64,000 nucleotides of DNA from Dehalococcoidia bacterium (GTDB taxonomy: Bacteria > Chloroflexota > Dehalococcoidia > Lucifugimonadales > UBA3495): NCBI GenBank assembly GCA_034428795.1, contig DAOUHF010000131.1, positions 24,382-88,381 of the forward strand, in the 5' to 3' direction. The notes beneath the pieces were generated by a model, which was not told the origin of the DNA, ran no database searches, and saw nothing but the letters and a program-made list of their open reading frames with translations. Position 1 is the stretch's first letter; the number at the start of each line of letters is the position of its first letter. Shown here piece after piece: positions 53,044 through 60,537 of this stretch. The position numbers and the translations under genes were made by a program.

Positions 53044-53511
53044 ATGTGCGCAATTATAGACAATAACGTGCGGCACGAAGTTTTTGGGGAGAATCCGACG
53101 GAAGCGGGGAATTTCTTTCTCGTATGGCTGGACCGCAAAGGGCAGTTAGTCGTTGGAGGCAAACTCCTACAAGAACTCCTGGGTTATCGGCGTTTCGAAA
53201 TGTGGCTTCGTGTGGCATCAAGACTAGGCCGTGCCATTCGCATTGCCGATGAAACCGTAGACACCGATGCCCAATCTCTACGCGATGATGGGATTTGCCG
53301 GTCGAACGATGAACATGTCCTCGCTTTGGCCAGAGTCAGCGGAGCCCGTCTGCTTTTCACCAACGACGGTTATTTGCAGGGGGACTTCAAGAATCCTGAG
53401 ATAATCGATGGTGTCCGTGGGAGGGTATACACTACTCAACTATCTAAAGACGTTCGCCGTGCACATAGAGACCTGCTGAATCGTAACGATCTTTGCGCGG
53501 CCCGTGGCTAA
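53044..53511 (+). CDS. PIN-like domain protein (putative nuclease)
   Basis: 155 aa. MCAIIDNNV (first Asp), LLQEL and SNDEHVLALARVSGARLLFTNDGYLQGDF (PIN-like D..lA.A...a.LvT.D.dF). The ATG directly follows the ATPase TGA. Confidence 0.5.
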   Translation: MCAIIDNNVRHEVFGENPTEAGNFFLVWLDRKGQLVVGGKLLQELLGYRRFEMWLRVASRLGRAIRIADETVDTDAQSLRDDGICRSNDEHVLALARVSGARLLFTNDGYLQGDFKNPEIIDGVRGRVYTTQLSKDVRRAHRDLLNRNDLCAARG

Positions 53512-53536
53512 AATTGACATTAACAGGAGGAGCCGC

Positions 53537-54466
53537 ATGACTACCGCCAGGATTCCTACCGAGGGGCAGATCATTGAATGGTTTGACACCCTGAGCAACT
53601 GGGGCCGTTGGGGGGCCGACGACCAGCTTGGAACCCTTAACCTGATTACCGACGCCAAGCGGGCCCAGGCAGCCAGCCTGGTGAGGGAGGGCATCAGCGT
53701 CACCTGTTCCCGCTTGATCGTTCCGGAAATCGCGGCCGACGTGACCTCCATTCCTCCGCTGCATTACATGGTTCGGGCCGGGGACAGTTGCCCCGACGAA
53801 GGCCCGGGCGGGACTTCCGACTTCATCGGGCTGTCGTACCACGGCCTCACGGTCACCCACATCGACAGCCTGTGTCACCAGGTATGGAACGGCAGGATGT
53901 ACAACGGGCGCCCCGCCTCCGACGTGAGCTCCGATACCAAGGCCAACAGCCTCGATATCGATAAAGCCCAGAACGGGATCGTCACCCGGGGCGTGTTGTT
54001 GGACATCGCCAAGGTCAAGGGCAAGCCTTGGCTGGAGGCTGGCGAGGGCGTCTTTACCGAAGACCTGGAAGCCGCCGAAGAAGCCCAGGGCGTCCGTGTG
54101 GAGGAAGGAGACGCCCTGATGCTGCGGTTGGGCTGGTACAAACGCCGGCTGGAACTGGGCCCGCCGCAATCGGGCCGCCCCGGCCTGCACGCCGAGACCA
54201 TCCCCTGGTTGAGAGAGCGGGGAGTTTCCCTGGTGGGCGGCGACGCCTCCCAGGACGTCGAACCCAGCGGTTATCCCAGCATCGGCCTGCCGTTGCACCA
54301 GGTCGGAATTGTCGGCATGGGCCTGTGGCTCATCGACGCCGGCAACTGCGAGGAACTGGTACAGGTGTGCGAACGGCTGGGCCGCTGGGAGTTCATGTTC
54401 AACGTAGCGCCCCTGCGGTTCAAGAACGCCACCGGCTCCCCGGTCAACCCCCTGGCGATTTTCTAG
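53537..54466 (+). CDS. Cyclase-family protein (kynurenine formamidase-like)
   Basis: WGADDQLGTLNLIT and YHGLTVTHIDSLCH. ATG 53537 has AGGAGG upstream. Confidence 0.75.
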   Translation: MTTARIPTEGQIIEWFDTLSNWGRWGADDQLGTLNLITDAKRAQAASLVREGISVTCSRLIVPEIAADVTSIPPLHYMVRAGDSCPDEGPGGTSDFIGLSYHGLTVTHIDSLCHQVWNGRMYNGRPASDVSSDTKANSLDIDKAQNGIVTRGVLLDIAKVKGKPWLEAGEGVFTEDLEAAEEAQGVRVEEGDALMLRLGWYKRRLELGPPQSGRPGLHAETIPWLRERGVSLVGGDASQDVEPSGYPSIGLPLHQVGIVGMGLWLIDAGNCEELVQVCERLGRWEFMFNVAPLRFKNATGSPVNPLAIF

Positions 54467-54471
54467 CGGGT

Positions 54472-54645
54472 GTGGAGGAACTGCTTGACTCCCATGGCCA
54501 ACGGATGCGCCTGACGGAGGAGAGTTGGGCTGTTATCATCGGCAAACATCCATACATGGGGGAAATGCGATACGCCATCGGCCAGACCTTGCAATTCCCC
54601 CAAGAGATAAGGAAGTCAATTAGCGACCCATTACTTATCGAATAA
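54472..54645 (+). CDS. Small ORF (57 aa, GTG start), possibly a truncated toxin-like gene
   Basis: VEELLDSHGQRMRLTEESWAVIIGKHPYMGEMRYAIGQTLQFPQEIRKSISDPLLIE. Lower-GC patch directly upstream of a DUF2283-like gene. Confidence 0.25.
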   Translation: MEELLDSHGQRMRLTEESWAVIIGKHPYMGEMRYAIGQTLQFPQEIRKSISDPLLIE

Positions 54646-54661
54646 AGCGGGGTGAGGCTCT

Positions 54662-54925
54662 ATGAGCGAGATTGACGAGATTGATAGGATAAATGTCTGG
54701 TTCAGCAAAGCCGGTGGAATACTGGACGTCACTTGGGCTTTCGGCAACACCTACTACACCGACACGGAGAACGAGCACGTAATGGCGCTGGTCGATATGG
54801 AGGGAAACCTCTGCGGGTTCAAAATCTCCGACATCAATATCATCGACGACGGGGAAAGCGGAGTCATCAACGTAGATTTGTCCACTGCGGACCTGTCCCA
54901 GGCCGAGCCCACCGCCCACATCTAG
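54662..54925 (+). CDS. DUF2283-like small protein
   Basis: 87 aa. ...WFSKAGGILDVTWAF...MALVDMEGNLCGFKISDI fits the recalled DUF2283 pattern (yD.e.D.l.i.........vd.d..G.lvGiEi). Confidence 0.45.
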   Translation: MSEIDEIDRINVWFSKAGGILDVTWAFGNTYYTDTENEHVMALVDMEGNLCGFKISDINIIDDGESGVINVDLSTADLSQAEPTAHI

Positions 54926-54972
54926 ACCACGGCCATCCGGCCGGTTCGCCGGCACCCGGGAGAGAAACGCCA

Positions 54973-55848
54973 ATGACCACTTCACCGAACACTCTGGAAG
55001 GCCGAATCGCCATCGTCACCGGGGCGGCCAGCCCCATCGGCATGGGCCGCTCCATCACCACCGGCCTGGTGAGGGCCGGGGCGCGGGTGGCGATGCTGGA
55101 TATCAGCGAAGACTGGCTGAGCGAGACGGCCAACGACATGCGGGAGATCGGCGGAGATGACGCCGTGCTTCCGATCATCGCCGACGTCACCAGCCCGGAA
55201 TCCGTGGAGAATGCGGTGACGCGCACCATCAACGAAATGGGCGGACTGCACATCCTGGTAAACAACGCCGGCATCAACGCCCGTACCGGCGGGTTCGGCG
55301 CACAGGCCGCCGGCAGCCAGAACGATTTCTGGGGCATCCCGCCCGAGGCTTGGCTGCGGGTCATAGACGTCAACCTCAGCGGGCCGTTCCTGATGTCCCA
55401 AGCCGTCGCCGGACACATGATCGAGCAGGGGTTCGGGCGCATCATCGGAGTGACCACCAGCATGGACACGATGTGGCGCAAGGGCGGCGCGCCCTACGGC
55501 CCCTCCAAGGCCGGACACGAGGCGTTGGTGGCCATCATGGCCCAGGACCTGGAGGGCAGCGGGGTCACCGCCAACGTGCTGACGCCCGGCGGCGCAACCG
55601 CCACCAACATGGTGATTCCCCCGGAAGGGGCCACCGCCGACGCCCTCATCCAGCCGGAGGTGATGCAGGCGCCGGCGGTATGGATCGCCTCCGACGATGC
55701 CGCCCACTGGAACGGGCGCCGCATCATCGCCTATTACTGGGACGACTCTTTGCCTTTGGAAGAACGGCTGGAGAAATGCGGCGCTCCGGCCGCTTGGCCG
55801 CAGCTTGGCTTGCAGGGGGTGCATCCCGACTGGTTCGGCCGCGCTTAG
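54973..55848 (+). CDS. SDR-family oxidoreductase
   Basis: IAIVTGAASPIGMG, NNAGI and YGPSKAG. Confidence 0.85.
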   Translation: MTTSPNTLEGRIAIVTGAASPIGMGRSITTGLVRAGARVAMLDISEDWLSETANDMREIGGDDAVLPIIADVTSPESVENAVTRTINEMGGLHILVNNAGINARTGGFGAQAAGSQNDFWGIPPEAWLRVIDVNLSGPFLMSQAVAGHMIEQGFGRIIGVTTSMDTMWRKGGAPYGPSKAGHEALVAIMAQDLEGSGVTANVLTPGGATATNMVIPPEGATADALIQPEVMQAPAVWIASDDAAHWNGRRIIAYYWDDSLPLEERLEKCGAPAAWPQLGLQGVHPDWFGRA

Positions 55849-55875
55849 GCTCCAGCCTGAAGGATTGCAAGACAC

Positions 55876-55911
55876 AACACGGCCACCGGGACCGGTGGCC
55901 GTGTTCGTTTT
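55876..55911 (+). terminator. Rho-independent terminator candidate (bidirectional position)
   Basis: AACACGGCCACCGG-GA-CCGGTGGCCGTGTT (about a 13-bp stem) followed by CGTTTTA. It lies between the convergent SDR and peroxiredoxin genes. Confidence 0.6.
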
Positions 55912-55938
55912 ACTTGGGTCGACGGTCTGGAGATAGAC

Positions 55939-56403
55939 TCAGGTTACGTCGTCCATCGCAGCGAGAATCGAATCGACGTCGGGCAGCACGCCGGGCACGT
56001 AAGTCTCCCGGAACCGTATGACGCCATTTGTGTCCACCACGAGCACTGCGCGGTTGCTGGCGCCGCGCTCTTCGTTCCAGAGGTCGTAGTCGGTGCTGAC
56101 TTTCCCCTTGGGGTGCCAGTCGGACAGCTCCGGATAGGGCAGGCCGCCCATGGCGGTGGCCCAAGCCCTGTGGGAGTGAACGTGGTCGCAACTGATGCCC
56201 AGTACCTGGGCATTCTTCTCTTCGAACCGGCCGATGGCCTGGCGGAAGGAAGTGGCCTGGCTGGTTCAACCAGACGTGAAATCGAACACGTGGAACGACA
56301 GGACCACATGCTTCTCGCCCCGGTAGCTGCTCAATGTAATGTCGCCTTCACTCACGGACGGAAGAGTGAAATCAGGCGCAACGTCGCCGACATCTGCTGG
56401 CAT
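55939..56403 (-). CDS. Peroxiredoxin (AhpC/TSA family), candidate selenoprotein (in-frame TGA at 56266-56268)
   Basis: Reading from ATG 56403 gives MPADVGDVAPDFTLPSVSEGDITLSSYRGEKHVVLSFHVFDFTSG-TGA-TSQATSFRQAIGRFEEKNAQVLGISCDHVHSHRAWA..., continuing in-frame into track ORF 55939..56151. The TGA replaces the peroxidatic Cys (T-x-x-C). Confidence 0.75.
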
Positions 56404-56588
56404 GTCTCCTCCTTAGTAACTGGTAATAAACGCACCCGGCCGCCGTGCGGCCAAGCGGGGCTAGTATACCTTCAACGCTCCATTGGTGGCTACGGCGGGG
56501 CAACCTCGAGCCCGTATTAGCAACGGGGAATAGCACTAAAAACCCTACGATGCGGGCAAAGTTCGGAAGAAATAGCGGCGGCTTTCCG

Positions 56589-57209
56589 TTAACCCATCGC
56601 CCGCCGCGCCAAGTCCGGCGGCGTTGCGAAGCGCGGGTTAGCCATGGGCTGGCCGGGGGCCGGGGGTTCCAGGAAGGTTACGCTTTCGTAGAAATCGTCG
56701 AGGGCGACGAACGTACCATGCTCCTCGGCCCATTCCCGCATCCGGCGGTTGCAGCTATGCCGCCATGACAACACCTCGATTCGCCATCCCCGGTTGCGCA
56801 TACGCTCCAAGTCGGCGTGAAAGCCGACGCCGTCGGCAAAGCCGCTGCCGTCGCCTGTGAGCAGGACGGCCGTTCCCGGGTTGCCATTGTAGTCGAAGGC
56901 GTCGCGCAGCATCGCTGTCTGTAACGCTTGGTCCACGCCTTGCTCCTGGCCCTGCAATGCGCCGCGCTCAAGTAACTGGACCGTGAACCCTTCGTTCTCC
57001 AGCCGGTTCCACACGTGCCGCAACTCTGGCGGGATGGAGCCAACGGCGATGGCATGCTCAATCTCTCGCCCGGCGCACGCAAGGTCTAGCAAGTGGCGGA
57101 AGTGAAGACGCACCCGGTAGCGGGCCGCATCGCCCTCACGCTCCGCCGCAACCTGCTGCGCGCCGATGAAGATGTTGGAGTTGTCCCAGTAGACAAACAC
57201 TTTGGCCAT
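56589..57209 (-). CDS. NYN (LabA/DUF88-like) domain protein
   Basis: MAKVFVYWDNSNIFIGA... and ...AVLLTGDGSGFADGV... Confidence 0.65.
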   Translation of the reverse strand: MAKVFVYWDNSNIFIGAQQVAAEREGDAARYRVRLHFRHLLDLACAGREIEHAIAVGSIPPELRHVWNRLENEGFTVQLLERGALQGQEQGVDQALQTAMLRDAFDYNGNPGTAVLLTGDGSGFADGVGFHADLERMRNRGWRIEVLSWRHSCNRRMREWAEEHGTFVALDDFYESVTFLEPPAPGQPMANPRFATPPDLARRAMG

Positions 57210-57220
57210 AGGCCGGCGCC

Positions 57221-57322
57221 CTACTTCCCTTCCTTAATGAACTCGGCTATCCGCTTGCCTATCATCATGGTTGTTACGTTGGTGTTTGCCTGGATGCAGT
57301 CGGGCATTATGGAGGCGTCGAC
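57221..57322 (-). pseudogene. Relic of the C-terminal 33 codons of a GMC oxidoreductase
   Basis: The minus strand reads VDASIMPDCIQANTNVTTMMIGKRIAEFIKEGK*. Compare [34 protein letters not shown] at the end of the intact GMC gene (62085). Confidence 0.65.
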
Positions 57323-57416
57323 TACGCAGAGAGCGCGGAGTGGGCGCAGAGGACGCGGAGAGTTTAAAGAAATAAAAAGTCTGCGTCCTCCTCCGTTATC
57401 TCTGTGTACTCTGCGT

Positions 57417-58184
57417 TTAGATCAGCGCGTCCGGGGTTTGGATGCCGTCCAGATCGGTTTCGGTGGCCGGGTCGTTCAGCGTCATGCCTAGGTCGGTCTG
57501 CATGTAGTGGTAGACCTGCTTCAGGTGGTGGGTGCTGTGGCTGAGGACGATGTTCAGCAACTCCAGCACTGTGACCTCACCGCCGTAATGGGCCGGGACC
57601 TCGCGTTCGAAGCCGGCAGTATTGCCGCTGTTCAGGAAAGCGATGATGCCGTCGCGGACCTTCAGTCCATACTCGGCGATGGCCGGGCCAGCGACCACTC
57701 CCTTCAGCCGCTCGTCCTGCGCGCTCATATCATCCCAACTCATGCTGCCCACTTCGTGCGAGAGGTAGGCGATTTCGGGGAACGCCAGGATGTGCACCAC
57801 CGTGTCGCGCAGGCTCCAAGGCCGCCACGGTACGATGGCGTCCAACTGCTCTTGGGTGAACTGGTTGTTGGCCCGCACGGCGGCGCTCATCACGATGCCA
57901 TACTTTTCGGCCAGCCAGGACGTTTTGCCCGAGAGATCGACGGTGACGTCAAGCTTGAGGGCCGGAATCAGCTTCTTGGGGTAGTAGCCGATGATGACCT
58001 CGGCGTCGTCTATGATGGTCACCGGCAGCGACTTGATGCCGCGGCTGCGGAGATGCTCCACGGCGGCGGGTTCGCTCAGCAGATCGTGGTGCTCGTATGG
58101 AACGCCATTGGACTTGAGGAACTCTTCCAGAGTCCGGCAACTGAATCAACCAGGCTGGGTGTAGACCTGGACGTCCATGACCAT
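57417..58184 (-). CDS. Glutaredoxin-like / DinB-domain fusion protein, candidate selenoprotein (in-frame TGA at 58146-58148)
   Basis: From ATG 58184 (AAGGAGG upstream) the frame reads MVMDVQVYTQPG-TGA-FSCRTLEEFLKSNGVPYEHHDLLSEPAAVEHLRSRGIKSLPVTIIDDAEVIIGYYP..., in frame with track ORF 57417..58061. The C-terminal half is DinB-like (...LLNIVLSHSTHHLKQV). Confidence 0.7.
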
Positions 58185-58299
58185 ACCGTCCCCTCCTTGC
58201 GAGTGTTGCCGGTATCCTAACACGTACTGTCAGCGCGGGGTATCTTCCTTCTCCGGGGTGTGCCATGCTGCGGCGCCATGTTAGGATTGCATATCCCCC

Positions 58300-60222
58300 A
58301 TGCTCGGTAACCTGGTTTCAATCGCGCTTTTTGCGCTTTGCCTACTGGCCTCGTTGGCCTGCACCCGCACGTTCACCGCAGAACCACCTATACCGATCCC
58401 AACACCGCAACCAATCGCCACGCCGGTCCCTACAAACACGCCGCGTCCGACTGCCACGCCGGTCCCTACGAGCACACCCCGTCCGATTGCCACGCCGGTC
58501 CCTACGAACACGCCCCGTCCGATTGCTATGCCAGTCCCTACAAATACACCGCGTCCGACTGCTACACCGGTTCCTACAAGCATACCGCGTCCGACTGCTA
58601 CGCCCCAACCAACTGCTACCGCGACGCCCGAGCCGACCGCCACTCCGTCGCCGACCCCCAAGCCCAAGGCAGAATGCCCGACGGTGACGCCGGAGCTGGC
58701 TACCTCTGTAACCGGGATTGGGGACGGCGTCTCATTGACCATGACGCCCGGAACCCCATTCGCCGGGACCAACGTGTCCTTCGAAATGACTGGCCTGAAT
58801 TCGGGAGAATGGGTCGAGGTGACTTTTGTAGACCCGGAGGGACAGGAAGCCGGTTGGGTTACCGACGAGGACGCCCGGGCATCCTGGACCACCCAACCCT
58901 TCCGGGCCGACGACCACGGGACCGTCGGCTGGGTGCGGTACGGGGCGCAGGACCAACCTGGAGATTGGTCGGTCAGCATTCAGTCGGGCGGGTCGGCGAG
59001 CATGGTCAAATACAAGACCACGCCGTTCCGGCTGCCCCTGATGAGCGTTTGCACGGTCCTTGGGGTCCGCCTCGTCAACTGCCACAGCGAACAGGCGGAA
59101 ATCCTGTTCTCGGATTCAGTCCACTTCGCCATGACCGTCGATATGCACCGCCAACTGGAACGGGCGGTCGGCCTGTTGGAGGAACGGCTGGGAGTCCGCA
59201 GCAGCGAGGTCCCGGTCATTCACTTGGTGGGCAGCAAAAACGAGCTGGACACGGTCAATCGGGCCACCGGCGGCGAGCCCCGCTGGGAAGCCGGGTTCTT
59301 CCGAAGCTGGGGAGACAACCCCGGTATATATGCCCATACTGACAAACCGCTGACCGACGTCTACAACATGCTCACCCATGAATACGTGCATTTCCTGATT
59401 TACGAAATATCCGGGGGCGAAGTGCTGCCTGCCTGGCTGAACGAAGGGCTGGCCGAGTATTACGCGTTCGAAGTCGGACTGTTGGGAGAACGCCCCCAAG
59501 CGACCGTCTGGCGCATGCTGCGCAGCGCCGACCAGGCGCGAGAGGCGGCTGAAGCTGGAAATCTCTTCCCCCTGAGTGAACTCGAGAGCCAGAGAGACTG
59601 GAACTCCCGTAACGGCGGTGAGCGGGTCTCGTTGCAATACTCCCATAGTCACATGCTGGTCCGCTACATCACCGAGTCCTACGGGGCGGCCGCGCCACTG
59701 CGAATGGTCGAACGGATCGGCGACGGAGAGACCCTCGCATCAGCAGTACGCGCCGTCGCCAGCGTGGACTACCCCCAGTTGGAGCAGGACTTCGTAACCT
59801 GGTTGGTCCAATGGGACGAACCTGTACGGGCCGAGTCCCGGCCGTATATCCAAACTCTCGATGAGCTTCTAGCCGCGCGACACACCATACGCGAACGCCG
59901 GGAAGTATTGATAAAGGAATGGAACCTCGGGTTTGACCGGGCCGCTTCGAAAGCGGCTATGGAACCACTGGTGAAAGAAATGGCCGGCTTGATGCAGCGG
60001 CTGGAAGAAGCTTCAACGCCCGAATCCCTGAGCGACCTGCATGAAGCGGCGCTAACCTATCTTGGCGCCTACCAGGAATTCATCAACGAGGACTTGAAGT
60101 TCTTCAGCACAGGTCAGCCGTCCAACCCGGACAAAGACCGGGAATTACGCTCAATTTTGAGAATTTGGGGCACCGCAGTCGAAAGCCTGCTAAGCGACGC
60201 CAAATTCGTTCTGAACCTGTGA
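58300..60222 (+). CDS. Secreted or lipoprotein-like zinc metallopeptidase (Peptidase_MA-like) with a Pro/Thr-rich tandem-repeat linker
   Basis: Signal-like N-terminus ...ALCLLASLAC, then 5 x TPVPTNTPRPxA. The motif HEYVHFL...NEGLAEYY gives HExxH plus a downstream Glu. Confidence 0.7.
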   Translation: MLGNLVSIALFALCLLASLACTRTFTAEPPIPIPTPQPIATPVPTNTPRPTATPVPTSTPRPIATPVPTNTPRPIAMPVPTNTPRPTATPVPTSIPRPTATPQPTATATPEPTATPSPTPKPKAECPTVTPELATSVTGIGDGVSLTMTPGTPFAGTNVSFEMTGLNSGEWVEVTFVDPEGQEAGWVTDEDARASWTTQPFRADDHGTVGWVRYGAQDQPGDWSVSIQSGGSASMVKYKTTPFRLPLMSVCTVLGVRLVNCHSEQAEILFSDSVHFAMTVDMHRQLERAVGLLEERLGVRSSEVPVIHLVGSKNELDTVNRATGGEPRWEAGFFRSWGDNPGIYAHTDKPLTDVYNMLTHEYVHFLIYEISGGEVLPAWLNEGLAEYYAFEVGLLGERPQATVWRMLRSADQAREAAEAGNLFPLSELESQRDWNSRNGGERVSLQYSHSHMLVRYITESYGAAAPLRMVERIGDGETLASAVRAVASVDYPQLEQDFVTWLVQWDEPVRAESRPYIQTLDELLAARHTIRERREVLIKEWNLGFDRAASKAAMEPLVKEMAGLMQRLEEASTPESLSDLHEAALTYLGAYQEFINEDLKFFSTGQPSNPDKDRELRSILRIWGTAVESLLSDAKFVLNL

Positions 60223-60313
60223 GCAATCGTACTGCGGAAACGACCTCTTTGCCTCGGCCCTGGCGCCATTCCCGGCTGGTCGTACTCAACCTGCCGGAAG
60301 GAAACAGACCCTT

Positions 60314-60342
60314 TTGTCCCCACAGGGATGCTCGGCTATAAT
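60314..60342 (+). promoter_or_regulatory. Candidate sigma70-type promoter with a ~195-nt leader before the GMC gene
   Basis: TTGTCC (60314-60319), a 17-nt spacer, then TATAAT (60337-60342). Confidence 0.4.
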
Positions 60343-60537
60343 CAACCGCAGCCTGCGCCATCGCGCTGCGCTATTGTCCGTGGTGCGGCCCGTCATGACA
60401 CCCAAACGGGCCCGAAGGCCTTGGTCGGCGGCCAGCGCTAAAAATGGAAGGCGTCCGAACCCTTTTGAGCCCGGACGGTCGAATTCTTCGCGGCCCATCT
60501 GAAACTTCGCGGCCCATCTGAAACAAGGAAGAGAAGC

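Noticed and set aside
58281-58979. 232-aa Gly/Val-rich ORF on the minus strand
   Set aside because: It is antisense to the Pro/Thr tandem-repeat linker of the metallopeptidase gene, so it is a repeat-driven artefact.
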